Shown: positions 1 to 9,749 of the stretch, piece by piece
Layout of the letters: the number at the start of each line of letters is the position of its first letter
How positions within the stretch are numbered: the stretch's first letter is position 1
Source: a virus
Direction: 5' to 3' (one strand)
IMG/VR virus record: IMGVR_UViG_3300037851_000502
Span: 1-53,620 of that record
DNA length: 53,620 bases
Made by a program: the position numbers and the translations under genes
Notes under the pieces: model-generated
The model's input: the letters and a program-made list of their open reading frames with translations, nothing else
What the model was told of the DNA's origin: nothing
Database searches by the model: none

Positions 1-127
1 CATTGATTTTCCTCATCCCAGAACTGGCCAGCCTGATCTCGCGGAGAGCACGGATTATCTTTGCGCTCCACAAGTATCTCCTGATAGCACTCAGCCAGAC
101 TTCGGCCAGTTCCGCAAGAACGCGAAA
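1..127. repeat. Terminal direct repeat, left copy (identical to 53494-53620)
   Basis: Direct comparison: bases 1-127 (cattgattttcctcatccc...caagaacgcgaaa) are identical to the last 127 bases of the window. Confidence 0.97.
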
Positions 128-259
128 ACGCATCTCCCCAACATCTTTCACAACCTGCCATAATTTACCCTTTCTTGGCGGCGGAACTATAATAACGCTC
201 TCGCTGCCAATTGCAAACAACGTTCGCGGTACGGGTGCAGTACCGCCTATAAAACCCCT

Positions 260-994
260 TCAAAAATGGTTCAGTGGTATTGCATCCCTACCGCTGTTAG
301 GTGCTGTATGGCAAATTTCATTAGTGTTCTGCGCGGGGCGGTCTTGCGTGCAGGACGCACGCCGCATTTCATTCCAGATATGCAACCCTAAATCAGAATC
401 AACACAATTCCGCAAAACCTGCCTTTTATTACTTATGTTTGTACCAGATATATCTGTGTCGTAATCTGAAATTTTGTTTTTATCCCGAATATGCTTCGCC
501 CCGAAATCAGCTTGTGCTATATAGAAATTAGCCCAGAACAAATGCCGAGATAAAACCACAGAGGGAGCGACAAGAGGCTCGTAATAGGGCCTCGTGTTTT
601 CCACACAATATAGACCGCTAAAATAGTGCTTTAAAAATATGATTTCTTCATATAACTTCATGTCTGGAAATACAGCAGAGTAGCCCTTTGCACGAAAACC
701 CACATTATACCTATACTGCCCATGCGTAGGGCAAGGTGGACTCGACCAAATAAAATCAAATTCTGAATAATGCTCCTGCAAATAAGCATGAGCATCGCCA
801 ACAATTACAGTATCGGCAGGAAAAAACAATTGATATACCGAAGCTATTTTCGGGTCGAGTTCCACCGCCGTAACATCGCAATCCGACCACAATTTTCGGT
901 TTCCCCCGATACCTGCGTATAGATTCAGGGTTTTTATCTTCGGCGCAGGACGCGCCGTGTCTTGCCCCGCGCCTATAATTTCGGAATTTGCCAT
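260..994 (-). CDS. DNA (cytosine-5) methyltransferase
   Basis: Motif I LNLYAGIGGN, motif IV SSPPCPTH (PC), motif VI CVENT, motif VIII-like SRHLFWANF. The ATG at 994 is preceded by GGTG; the ORF track extends to 1033. Confidence 0.8.
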   Translation of the reverse strand: MANSEIIGAGQDTARPAPKIKTLNLYAGIGGNRKLWSDCDVTAVELDPKIASVYQLFFPADTVIVGDAHAYLQEHYSEFDFIWSSPPCPTHGQYRYNVGFRAKGYSAVFPDMKLYEEIIFLKHYFSGLYCVENTRPYYEPLVAPSVVLSRHLFWANFYIAQADFGAKHIRDKNKISDYDTDISGTNISNKRQVLRNCVDSDLGLHIWNEMRRASCTQDRPAQNTNEICHTAPNSGRDAIPLNHF

Positions 995-1069
995 ATTGCA
1001 CCTAACGTGTGCCCTATGGTGAAGTGTACTCATTTACGAAGTGAACACCATAGGGCTGTTGTGCGAAGT

Positions 1070-1309
1070 TTAACCGCGCCTCCGCTTATTAACTTTCGGC
1101 GCAGGAATAAAATGAATAGTGAGACTGACAAGCTGACCATCAGTCTGCCGCGTCCACGTAAGCGACTCAACGCTGCACAAATTAATTCCCATGTTGTTCG
1201 GAATCACCTCCAACGGAAGCGGAGACTTCTTCGACCTGATAAGCTCCTTGACAGATTTCGTTACCGTTTCCATAGCGTAATCCTTTCTGCGCCGAACTAT
1301 AATATTCAA
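1070..1309 (-). CDS. Hypothetical protein
   Basis: ORF only, with an internal Met (METVTK...) as alternative start. It overlaps other candidate ORFs in this poorly resolved 1034-1914 stretch. Confidence 0.3.
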   Translation of the reverse strand: MNIIVRRRKDYAMETVTKSVKELIRSKKSPLPLEVIPNNMGINLCSVESLTWTRQTDGQLVSLTIHFIPAPKVNKRRRG

Positions 1310-1353
1310 GCGCGGTTAAATTTTGTACAACGGCCCGGCGCACTCGCCAGAAG

Positions 1354-1656
1354 TTACGCCAGATCTTCAACGAAGTGACTATACTCCGTACATTTATTAC
1401 AAGTCTCGGAAGGAAACCAAAAGCACACACCACAATGTGGCGTAATTTTGGGCTGCGCCTGTTGGTGGATGTGCCGTTTGCTACCGCCAGTTTTGCGCGG
1501 CGCTTCCAGCACTCCGTCAACATCAGCATCAGCATGTTCTAAAAGATAGTCTGCCATTTCACCCATATTGCCTCCAGCCGCGCCTATAACATAAAGGCAA
1601 ACGGCATTTACACCAACGTCCCGCAAATTGGGTGCTGTTATGAAAAATGCACCCAA
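1354..1656 (-). CDS. Hypothetical protein with C-terminal CxxC...CxxC zinc-ribbon-like motif
   Basis: ORF ending ...HCGVCFWFPSETCNKCTEY...; start uncertain (MGEMADY... is possible). Confidence 0.3.
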   Translation of the reverse strand: MGAFFITAPNLRDVGVNAVCLYVIGAAGGNMGEMADYLLEHADADVDGVLEAPRKTGGSKRHIHQQAQPKITPHCGVCFWFPSETCNKCTEYSHFVEDLA

Positions 1657-1730
1657 TAAAAAAGCGTACCAAGTATTGCAGAAAGCAATATGACTATAAC
1701 AGTCAACGCATATTCAGAATCATTTTTCAT
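1638..1730 (-). CDS. Small single-pass membrane peptide (30 aa)
   Basis: MKNDSEYALTVIVILLSAILGTLFYWVHFS has a hydrophobic core. AAAGGGA lies 7 nt upstream of the ATG at 1730. Confidence 0.35.
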   Translation of the reverse strand: MKNDSEYALTVIVILLSAILGTLFYWVHFS

Positions 1731-1914
1731 AATGGCATCCCTTTGCGTGTTGGATGCAGTTAATGAACGCTTCCATAATGCAAAGGCGCGGCGTGTAGGG
1801 GTTGCACCTACGGCTATCCACGTTTCCGCTTGAAGCACTCATCCGCGCCGAATAGATTTATAAAAGCGTTCATTTATTGCACTCCAACTACTCTTTTGCG
1901 TATATCCTATACAC

Positions 1915-2754
1915 CTAATTCTCCATTGTAAGAATATTTCTCATATCTGAAATATCCGCACCAGCGACCTTTAGATACCGCTGTGTTGTCGTAATCGATG
2001 CATGCCCCATCGTCTCCTGCAGCACGCGCAGGTTCGCGCCACGCCTGAGCATGTGGCAGGCATAGGAATGCCGCAGCCGGTGAATATTGTGCCGCCCCTG
2101 GATTCCTGCCCGTGCGCAAGCGTTCTCAAAGATTTTCTGTATGGTCCGCTTCGGATACTGCTCCTGTCCGTATTGAGGCGTAAAAACGAAATCGGCTTGA
2201 CCCTTCCCGGCAATCGTGTCTCGCAATATCGGGTGAACACAATCCGGCAGCATGACCAGACGGTCCTTTTGCCCCTTACCGTCCCGGACGTGAATCACGC
2301 CGCGCTCGAAGCGTATGTCCTGTACCCGGAGCCATTGAATATCACCAAGCCGGAGCCCTCCGTAATAGGCAACCTGCAAAAGTGCCAGGTGCTTCCGGTT
2401 GTTCTCCATTGCAAATATCTTTTTCACTTCGTCAATAGTAAGCGGTTCTGGCAGCTCCTTTTTTTCTTTCATCCTCGGAACGATGTCCAGCGGTATCGGC
2501 TGCTGCAATATGAAATTGCAGTAATACCGGACGGCGTTCGTGTGGAGGTTGATGCTCGCCGGGGCCAGCTTATTCACCCATCGAAGCGCCAGAATCCAAC
2601 CCTGCACGTACTTCACCAGGGAATCGCGCTTGTTTTTCTCGCACCAGGATATAAACCGCTCAACCGATTCGGTATAATGGCGAACCGTAACCGAAGATTT
2701 ATTCTCCACGTTCAGCCGGTTGACCAGGGCGGTGATGGACTCTGATTTTTTCAT
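1915..2754 (-). CDS. int: Tyrosine recombinase / phage integrase family (XerC/D-like, 279 aa)
   Basis: GGLRLGD (Arg I), HRLRHSYACHML (H-x-x-R), GHASITTTQRYLKV (catalytic Tyr). Confidence 0.9.
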   Translation of the reverse strand: MKKSESITALVNRLNVENKSSVTVRHYTESVERFISWCEKNKRDSLVKYVQGWILALRWVNKLAPASINLHTNAVRYYCNFILQQPIPLDIVPRMKEKKELPEPLTIDEVKKIFAMENNRKHLALLQVAYYGGLRLGDIQWLRVQDIRFERGVIHVRDGKGQKDRLVMLPDCVHPILRDTIAGKGQADFVFTPQYGQEQYPKRTIQKIFENACARAGIQGRHNIHRLRHSYACHMLRRGANLRVLQETMGHASITTTQRYLKVAGADISDMRNILTMEN

Positions 2755-2801
2755 AGTATGCCTATAATATACTACGTTTATTTTAAAATGTACATATTAT
2801 T

Positions 2802-4250
2802 TTAAAAAAGTTCGCGCCAATTGCTGACTATCACAGAATCAGCCACGGACTTCTTTTCCTTCAAGGCCTTTAGTATCTTCTCATCGACTGTCCCCCGGGA
2901 GACAAGGTCAACATATGTCACCGATTTTGTCTGCCCTATCCGATGGCAGCGGTCTTCAGACTGGAGCCGTGTTTCAAGGTTATAGTCATTCGAAAAATAA
3001 ACCACCGTCGAAGCTGCCGTGAGCGTTATCCCATACCCCCCCGTCCTTGGATTCCCGACGAAGTAATCGGCACCTCCGTCCTGAAATTTCTTTATTGCCT
3101 CCGTCCGCTCGTCCCCCGTCGTATCCCCGAAATACATCACCACCTTTTCTTTCCCGTATTTTTCAGAAAGCAATTTCGTTATCTGCGCGATATTTTTTCT
3201 ATATGTCGCCCATATTATCACCTTCCCTGGGGCTTCCTCCAATACACTTTCAAGGGCCTCAATCCGAGAACAGGGTATATCCAACAACTCCCCGTCATCC
3301 CCGTCAAGGCACCCGCAGACAAGCTGGTGAAGCCTCAAAAGCCGGACAATAACAAGCGGGGCGGTCACCATCGGGACCCCCGCCAATTCGAGCATGGCTT
3401 CATCCTTGAGCTTCTTATACATCTCTTTCTGTTCCTTGGTCATCGGAACTTCGCATATCTCATAGACCTTCGGCGGTAAATCAAGGCACTCATCTTTCTT
3501 GATAATAAAGCTGAATTTTTTCAGGATATCCGTCAACTCATCAAGATTTTTATACCGCACTACTTTTTTAAAAGTATATGCCCGGTTACCCTGAGCCATC
3601 CGCATCTCCATAAGGTCTGCGAAATATGCCCTGAAAGTATAAAAGCTGCCAAACCCCAAAATATTGTGCCCGAGAAATTGGCATTGAGAATAGATATCTA
3701 ATGGGCTATTTGTTATCGGCGAACCAGTTAAAATACGCCGGTACTTTGCAAACTTGGCGACTTGTATTGCGGCCTTTGTTCGATGGGCTTTCGGATTTTT
3801 CACGTTCGAACTTTCATCGACTACCGCCAAGCACCTCCGGCTGATGATAAATCTCTCCGCAGCTTTCTTCCCGCTCTCGTATGCCAATGCCTCGATATTC
3901 ATCACGAAAAACGTGAGACCGAATTTGCCTTGTTCCGTCATCGCAATATTCTTTTCCGTCTGGCTCTTGCTCTCATCGCCCCAGGAAAACACAAACCGCT
4001 TTATATGGTCAGGCATGTGCGCCGGGATTTCCTTTGTCTCCCAGTTCATATATGAACCCTTATTTGCGAATATCATCACCGCGTCAATTTTCCCATTGTC
4101 ATACAACCATGCCGCGGTGTCGAGAATCACTTTCGTTTTCCCAGTCCCCATCTCCATGAATAAGGCATAGGCTTCCAAGTCTTTGCTGATATCCCATGCC
4201 TTGAATTGATGGTCATACGGTCTTGTCTTGAACGGGTAGGGGTATTTCAT
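2802..4250 (-). CDS. SNF2/Rad54-like helicase
   Basis: Motif I MEMGTGKTKV, motif II AVVDESSNVKN, motif VI DRCHRIGQTKSVTYVDL. Confidence 0.9.
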   Translation of the reverse strand: MKYPYPFKTRPYDHQFKAWDISKDLEAYALFMEMGTGKTKVILDTAAWLYDNGKIDAVMIFANKGSYMNWETKEIPAHMPDHIKRFVFSWGDESKSQTEKNIAMTEQGKFGLTFFVMNIEALAYESGKKAAERFIISRRCLAVVDESSNVKNPKAHRTKAAIQVAKFAKYRRILTGSPITNSPLDIYSQCQFLGHNILGFGSFYTFRAYFADLMEMRMAQGNRAYTFKKVVRYKNLDELTDILKKFSFIIKKDECLDLPPKVYEICEVPMTKEQKEMYKKLKDEAMLELAGVPMVTAPLVIVRLLRLHQLVCGCLDGDDGELLDIPCSRIEALESVLEEAPGKVIIWATYRKNIAQITKLLSEKYGKEKVVMYFGDTTGDERTEAIKKFQDGGADYFVGNPRTGGYGITLTAASTVVYFSNDYNLETRLQSEDRCHRIGQTKSVTYVDLVSRGTVDEKILKALKEKKSVADSVIVSNWRELF

Positions 4251-4438
4251 TCTAACTCTCCATAGAAACTTTTTTGAATTATCGTACCCAAAGTTGCTTT
4301 ATAGGCCCCATTTAAAATATCACACACATCTAATACGACATCTTGTATAATATTGTTTTTAACACGAGCATATTTTTCCTGTCGTATTAAATATGCTATA
4401 ATCATCTTTTTTGACTCATCGGAGATTGGATTATTCAT
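4247..4438 (-). CDS. Hypothetical protein (63 aa)
   Basis: ORF whose stop overlaps the downstream ATG (ATGA coupling with 2802-4250). Confidence 0.5.
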   Translation of the reverse strand: MNNPISDESKKMIIAYLIRQEKYARVKNNIIQDVVLDVCDILNGAYKATLGTIIQKSFYGELE

Positions 4439-4450
4439 TATAGAATCCTT

Positions 4451-4612
4451 TTAACATAGTGAAATTTTACTTGGATGAGGGCTGCCTCGTTCCTTTCTGA
4501 CATAGTAGTATCTCTCTCCAGATTTTAATATCTCATCCCCGCTCTTTGTTACTTTGTCCAAAAGATCTCCCAGTTTCTTTTCTTCTCCCTTAGTCAATGC
4601 AGTGGCTTTCAT
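4451..4612 (-). CDS. Small hypothetical protein (53 aa, below ORF-track cutoff)
   Basis: Manual translation: MKATALTKGEEKKLGDLLDKVTKSGDEILKSGERYYYVRKERGSPHPSKISLC. It fills the gap between neighbouring genes; the SD is weak. Confidence 0.3.
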   Translation of the reverse strand: MKATALTKGEEKKLGDLLDKVTKSGDEILKSGERYYYVRKERGSPHPSKISLC

Positions 4613-4645
4613 AATGTTACCCCGGTTACTTTCTTTTTCATTTTA

Positions 4646-4849
4646 TCAGCCATTCTTTAATTTATAGTGGACGCGACGGCCCTTGATAATTCTCGGTCTC
4701 TTTACAACGACTGTCTTACCAATAAATGACTTTTTGCTTTTCGCTAATTTTACAAGGTCCTCCGCATATTGCTCCGGAATAATATACCCGCCGGTATCCG
4801 GTCGTTTATTCTTTTCCTCCCACACGTGGAACTTCGCCCCCCGATGCAA
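4646..4849 (-). CDS. Hypothetical basic protein (67 aa)
   Basis: ORF only. Confidence 0.4.
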   Translation of the reverse strand: MHRGAKFHVWEEKNKRPDTGGYIIPEQYAEDLVKLAKSKKSFIGKTVVVKRPRIIKGRRVHYKLKNG

Positions 4850-4973
4850 TAAGCAAACGGATAATTTTATTCAGGCTATTCGAAGAATTTTCAAACCAGA
4901 CTTCAAGTCTTTTCATAGCCTGTCCCTCTCTACGAATCTTTTCAACTTTCCTCTTGATGAATGTTTTTATCAT
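4806..4973 (-). CDS. Small hypothetical protein (55 aa from internal ATG)
   Basis: The ATG at 4973 is preceded by GGTGAGGGG, directly after the helicase stop. It overlaps 4646-4849 by 44 nt, so one of the two may be wrong. Confidence 0.3.
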   Translation of the reverse strand: MIKTFIKRKVEKIRREGQAMKRLEVWFENSSNSLNKIIRLLIASGGEVPRVGGKE

Positions 4974-4980
4974 CGGCCCC

Positions 4981-6450
4981 TCACCACGAATAACTGTAAG
5001 CCGTTTCCGGTTGCACAAGGCACAAGTTCTCTTTTGCCCGGGTTACACCGACATAGAAAACCCTGTGCTCTGAATCCGGGTTAATTTCAAAATTCTGCCA
5101 CGTCCTGAAACTCATATCGGACAGGACAGCCACGTTCTGTCGCTCAGCGCCCTTGACCCCGTGGATTGTCGAAAGCTGTATCCTCGCCGGGCCAGTAAGT
5201 TTCTCCTTCCTCCTCAGCAGCGATATAATAACTTCTACCGTGTCAAGGTTCATCCTATCGAGTGACTCATGCCATAACCGATTGTCAGATAGTCCGACTT
5301 CCTCCATCGTAATCTTCTTACTCTGTTTCTCCACTTGCAACCGCTCGATAATACTTTCCGTATCCGCCCTGAATTTCAGCGTATCAATCACCGAACTCAC
5401 GGCACACGGTTCACCTTTTCGTAATGCCTCCCACGTAAACGCGGCTTTCGTTTCATCCATCTTTGCCGGGTCCTCGCCGTTCCACTCATACCGATACCCG
5501 TAATCCCGGCAAACCCCTGCAGCTTGCTTCAATAGATAATCATTCCTCGCCAGGATGTACCACTCCCCAGATTCAAGCGGAAGAGAATCCACTGTCTGAT
5601 AATTCTCGACCGAACCCTTATTCTTTGTCGCCAAAAAAGACTTCGATTTTCTAACTGATATTCTATTCGAAACTTCAACCGCGTAATCATGTACCGTCCC
5701 CGAGAGTCTCCGGCCCTCATGCAGTATCTCCACAGGCCCTGTATGCTGGACAAGCCTTTCCGGGCTTGCCCCCGCCCATTCGTATATCGCTTGGTCGTCA
5801 TCCCCAGCGGCAACCGTGGAAGCCGAGCACGCGACAAGCCGGTCTATTGCCCGCCATTGCAACGGGTTTATATCTTGGGCCTCGTCTATCAAAAGCAGGT
5901 CCAATTCTGGATAATTATCCAACATATTAAACTGCTCAATTAGGTCCGTAAAATCCCGGTATCCATTGGCCATTTTATACGCAGATATCGTTTCTGACAC
6001 AAGCTCCGTTTCCCACCAGCCCAAATCCCCGTTATACGCCTCCCACGACTCACGCAGAGGCCGTAGGACCGCGCGGGAACGCTCGATAAGAGATAACGCT
6101 TGGTCTCCTTTCGGCAGATCCTGGCACGCCCTGTCTGGCCGGCGGTCCCCGGTCAATTCAATCCCGAGCACACGGCCGATGTCCCGGTATTGCTCATAGC
6201 CCATCATGCCATCCCGCTTAGCCCCAAGGAGGCTGAAAGCCAACGAATGCAGCGTCCGGAAATAAGGCAGGGCCTCCGGAGGGAGATTAAACCGCTCAGC
6301 CGCCCGGCGCTTTGCCTCGTCAGCCGCTTTCCTCGTGAAAGTCAACAGACCGACCCGCTCCGGGGACCTTCCAGCTTTTAAATGCGCCTCCACCAGCCGC
6401 AAAAGCCGCTCTGTCTTTCCTGTTCCTGGAGGGCCGAAGATTAAAAGCAT
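4981..6450 (-). CDS. UvrD/Rep-like superfamily 1 helicase
   Basis: Walker A FGPPGTGKT, LLLIDEAQD, STIHGVKGAERQNV, FYVGVTRAKENL. Confidence 0.85.
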   Translation of the reverse strand: MLLIFGPPGTGKTERLLRLVEAHLKAGRSPERVGLLTFTRKAADEAKRRAAERFNLPPEALPYFRTLHSLAFSLLGAKRDGMMGYEQYRDIGRVLGIELTGDRRPDRACQDLPKGDQALSLIERSRAVLRPLRESWEAYNGDLGWWETELVSETISAYKMANGYRDFTDLIEQFNMLDNYPELDLLLIDEAQDINPLQWRAIDRLVACSASTVAAGDDDQAIYEWAGASPERLVQHTGPVEILHEGRRLSGTVHDYAVEVSNRISVRKSKSFLATKNKGSVENYQTVDSLPLESGEWYILARNDYLLKQAAGVCRDYGYRYEWNGEDPAKMDETKAAFTWEALRKGEPCAVSSVIDTLKFRADTESIIERLQVEKQSKKITMEEVGLSDNRLWHESLDRMNLDTVEVIISLLRRKEKLTGPARIQLSTIHGVKGAERQNVAVLSDMSFRTWQNFEINPDSEHRVFYVGVTRAKENLCLVQPETAYSYSW

Positions 6451-6451
6451 A

Positions 6452-6658
6452 TTAAAATTTCCCCAGGCCTTGCTCTAATTTTTCAATTCGTATCCTTAAA
6501 TCGGAGAGCCGCTCATCAATAGTCTTCGCATTCCAAGCTGCGGCCTTTTCACGGTAATCTCTGGCCCTACATTCGGAACATTGTAGATAGCTGTGGTGTG
6601 TCACCTTTTCACACTTGCTACAATATTCTTCTGTTATTAAAGCCATAATTAACAACAC
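6452..6658 (-). CDS. Small zinc-ribbon protein
   Basis: CSKCEKVTHHSYLQCSECRA (CxxC-x10-CxxC) followed by a coiled-coil tail. GTG start at 6658 or ATG at 6646. Confidence 0.6.
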   Translation of the reverse strand: MLLIMALITEEYCSKCEKVTHHSYLQCSECRARDYREKAAAWNAKTIDERLSDLRIRIEKLEQGLGKF

Positions 6659-6848
6659 ATCCTATACCTGTATTCCTGCTCCGCATATCTTTCAGTAAAT
6701 GCGTACAGGTTGTCAGACTCGCCTATCCTGTCCGCTTTCCCATTCGTGTCTCTCTTCGCCGTTCTTCTTTCTCTTTTCGGCAACGAACATAATATAAGTC
6801 TCCGTTTTGCCTTCTCCGCCTTTTTAATGCAACGTATTATCGCTCCGC

Positions 6849-8363
6849 TCAGAACGGGGATTTCTGCACCATGCTCGGAACAGCAAACCCTTCCGTCTGC
6901 TTCGGGAACTCCGGGACTGTCCATACGTTCAACCCCTTCCCTTTAATAGTTATGAATTTATGCTCCCCACCGATTTCTTTTAGTATCGAGGAAACCTGAT
7001 GTACTTTCAAATCCTTGAATTTACTTTTGTCAAGGTACGAAAGAAAATCGCTCATCTTGAACCAATGCCGTCCCTCGCTCGTCCACGGCTTCCCGATAAT
7101 CATCTCCTCCCTCGCCCGGGCCTGCGCCCGTGAAGTCAAGAATTTTTCCAACAATTCCAGCATCTGCCCGCGCGGGCTCGCATCAACCGGAGCCTCAATC
7201 ACCGTCACCTTATCGAGTAGTCCCTGGATTATTGTTTGCCATAAAACCCTGTCAACCATTGGAGGCATTTTATTCAGGGCCTCGATACATCGTCTTTGAA
7301 ATTTCAATTGGTCCTGAAGTTCATTTGTATTCAACTCCAACCGTCCGCCATTCTCAATATCAATAAACCATACCGGAGGACTCGCAGCGTATTTCGTAAG
7401 CCCGGCCAACTGTAATGAAAAAGCCCCCGCGCCTATACCGTGTACCCGGCTCCTGCACACATCAAGATTGCAATGCCCGCATATCGGGGGCTTTGAGCAC
7501 GCATAATTGTATGTCTTCCGTCGAAGGCTTTTCGCCACGGCTTTGACTTCAATATCAGAAAGTACGGGCTTCATGTACTTCTGATTACAGTTAACTAAAT
7601 CTATTTCCCATGTCTCCGGTCTTGCTTTTCTCAGGTACACCCCGAGATTGAACAACCCGTCATTCCGCGTCCCTGGGGAAAAGCCATGCGAGGCAAGAAA
7701 TTGCAGACACGGCGGGCCATCCGTAAAATCAACGGATAGCCCTATCGATGACGCCATCAACTCCGATGGCAGGACCCGGGAAGCCTCGGCATATTTTAAA
7801 AAATCTTCGGCAGAAAGTTTATTTCCAGATTTATCAAAACCATACCGCAATGTCTTTTCTACATCAAAATATGGCATGTTTATCCACGAACCGATATCCC
7901 CGCGCTCAGCAAGAATCTCACTTTGCTTCGGGAATATCTCCGCGGTCCCATACCCAATACCGGCCGAAAATTCTTTGAGCTTTGACCGCAGCTCCCCCGC
8001 GGGTATCGCTTCTTTCAGAAAACAAAATGCGTGAAGCCCTCCGCTCTTTGACCGGCAGCATACGAGCGGGAATTTCAATTCAGAAACTTTCTTCGCTATT
8101 GCCGGTAAATCTATATCATCATACACATCAACGTCTATCGCCCCGAACCAGCATTTTGAATCATCTTGTATCGGGACTATCCCGACACTGTTTTTTCCTT
8201 CGAGGTGGTCTTTCCACAAGGTATCAGTGACAGGGGCAATAAGCACCGTGGCTTTACCCACGAGCTTATTGCTCCCCTGTTCCTTACCTGATATGATATA
8301 CCGGCCATGGGCCCTTTCAAGCCCTAAGAATAGCCGATGGAAACGGACGGCAAGAGCTTCCAC
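6849..8363 (-). CDS. Primase-polymerase (archaeo-eukaryotic primase superfamily) with C-terminal extension
   Basis: GAIDVDVYDD (DxD), CCRSKSGGLHAFCF (sGGxH motif); GTG start; sits in the replication module. Confidence 0.8.
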   Translation of the reverse strand: MEALAVRFHRLFLGLERAHGRYIISGKEQGSNKLVGKATVLIAPVTDTLWKDHLEGKNSVGIVPIQDDSKCWFGAIDVDVYDDIDLPAIAKKVSELKFPLVCCRSKSGGLHAFCFLKEAIPAGELRSKLKEFSAGIGYGTAEIFPKQSEILAERGDIGSWINMPYFDVEKTLRYGFDKSGNKLSAEDFLKYAEASRVLPSELMASSIGLSVDFTDGPPCLQFLASHGFSPGTRNDGLFNLGVYLRKARPETWEIDLVNCNQKYMKPVLSDIEVKAVAKSLRRKTYNYACSKPPICGHCNLDVCRSRVHGIGAGAFSLQLAGLTKYAASPPVWFIDIENGGRLELNTNELQDQLKFQRRCIEALNKMPPMVDRVLWQTIIQGLLDKVTVIEAPVDASPRGQMLELLEKFLTSRAQARAREEMIIGKPWTSEGRHWFKMSDFLSYLDKSKFKDLKVHQVSSILKEIGGEHKFITIKGKGLNVWTVPEFPKQTEGFAVPSMVQKSPF

Positions 8364-8366
8364 GGT

Positions 8367-9161
8367 TTAGAAATGCTCTTCCGTCGCCGGGGCCTGCTTC
8401 TCGTCCGCCGGAGGAGCGGATACCTTGACCGCACCTTCTCGTACCTGCTGATAGAACTGCTTTGCAAATAGGTACAGATTCCCGTCTTCCAACATATTTG
8501 CCGGGCCGATTGCCCAGTTGTACCACTGGTTCTGGTCCTTGGTTTCCAGAATTGTCGAAAGGGTGTACGAATGGGAGAAACACGCCGGATTGACTTTCTT
8601 CCCGTCGATGTCAATCTGGAGGCTCATCATCTGCGAATTCCATCGCCGGGACTTCTTGAGCTGGGTCGATGCCATTGCCACGATTGCCCGCTCGTATTTG
8701 CCGTCATTCGAAATCACGACATAGTGATACGCCGTGGTCACTATCTGGTTTCCATTTTTGAGCATGTCCTGGTTTCGTTCGTTCTTGGTGCAATCCTTGA
8801 GAATGTTTTCGTCAAGGTGTTGCCGGACAAACCCCCCACCGGACTCCCGCGGGGTCCATTCGACATATGCCTTTTGGAATCCGCATGGCACGACAACGAC
8901 ACCGGTATTGGCTTTGAAAATCTGCTGGGAAACAGTCTGTATGATGTCCCCGGCTTCCGCCCCTTCGATACGGCCGGGGCCTTTACGGACAGCAGGAGAA
9001 AGGTCCTGAAGGATTACCAGGAACGGGATTGCCACATCCGCGGGCTTCACGCCCTCGAACCCTTTGCCCACGTCCTCGATAATGCTTGACCGGATATCTG
9101 CCAATGCCCCCGAGGCTTGCGCCTTTGCTGGGAGGTTCTTTTCTTCTGCTTTCTTCGCCAT
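8367..9161 (-). CDS. Hypothetical replication-module protein (possible ssDNA-binding/annealing role, unproven)
   Basis: Strong SD AAGGAAGAG. The position between primase and polymerase is the only functional hint. Confidence 0.55.
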   Translation of the reverse strand: MAKKAEEKNLPAKAQASGALADIRSSIIEDVGKGFEGVKPADVAIPFLVILQDLSPAVRKGPGRIEGAEAGDIIQTVSQQIFKANTGVVVVPCGFQKAYVEWTPRESGGGFVRQHLDENILKDCTKNERNQDMLKNGNQIVTTAYHYVVISNDGKYERAIVAMASTQLKKSRRWNSQMMSLQIDIDGKKVNPACFSHSYTLSTILETKDQNQWYNWAIGPANMLEDGNLYLFAKQFYQQVREGAVKVSAPPADEKQAPATEEHF

Positions 9162-9185
9162 AACTCTTCCTTTCTTCTTTCGGGG

Positions 9186-9734
9186 TTATTTGACCTTTGC
9201 CTTATTGATTATCGAAACTTGGAATAAATCGAGCGGGAAATCGGCCCCTCCTTCTACCTGTTCCCGGATAAATGCCTGTAATGTCTGCGGATGTACCTTG
9301 TCTGCATCTGAGTGGTCCACCGTATTCTCCTTTAAAAATCCGGATACAAGGTCATGGGTTTTATCCTCGCCCTTCCGGAACTTCACGACAATTTCATGAG
9401 ACACGAGGGCGGCATGACCATTCGACCGAAGCCAGGTGAAGCACGCTTCCTTGTTCTTTTCAGTAAGGTTTGAAGCGTAAATTTTTTTGACCTCGACTGT
9501 TTCCCCGGTTTCAAGGCGGATTGTAGATACCCCAGCCTCGGCCAATGCATCGGGAAGAAGTCGCAACTGCACTTCATCAAGCTGCTGTTTGAGCGAGGAC
9601 AAAACGTTCTCCGCCTTTTCGATTTTCTCTTCGATGTCAATCTGCCGCTGGGCCAGGGTACTGATTTTCTTTATGTCCTGCACCCGGACAACCTGCGCCG
9701 ATTTCTTCATGTCCTTTTTCATTTCTTCAAGCAC
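9186..9734 (-). CDS. Hypothetical coiled-coil protein
   Basis: GTG start with AAAGGAGA 6 nt upstream; N-terminal heptad-like segment. Confidence 0.6.
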   Translation of the reverse strand: MLEEMKKDMKKSAQVVRVQDIKKISTLAQRQIDIEEKIEKAENVLSSLKQQLDEVQLRLLPDALAEAGVSTIRLETGETVEVKKIYASNLTEKNKEACFTWLRSNGHAALVSHEIVVKFRKGEDKTHDLVSGFLKENTVDHSDADKVHPQTLQAFIREQVEGGADFPLDLFQVSIINKAKVK

Positions 9735-9749
9735 GGCGATTCTCCTTTC

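Noticed and set aside
1-127. The 127-bp repeat as a biological direct terminal repeat or att site
   Set aside because: The exact length of 127 is a typical assembler k-mer overlap and the repeat falls inside an ORF. I treat it as circular closure unless read termini say otherwise.
3-464. 153-aa plus-strand ORF at the left edge
   Set aside because: It runs through the terminal overlap and lies antisense to the 3' end of the C5 MTase. The sequence is low-complexity and the context has no plus-strand genes.
3841-3847. Additional CUGAUGA heptamers that might mark more hammerheads (plus strand at 3841, 11169 and 27552)
   Set aside because: Checked by eye, none has a GAAA and a flanking stem I/II/III arrangement. 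All lie inside well-supported coding regions.
6649-6924. 91-aa ORF bridging the 190-nt gap between the primase and the zinc-ribbon gene
   Set aside because: It would overlap the primase 3' end by 75 nt. There is no internal ATG or SD and the Arg/Cys-rich sequence has no motif. The gap may hold a small gene with a non-ATG start, but I cannot define one.
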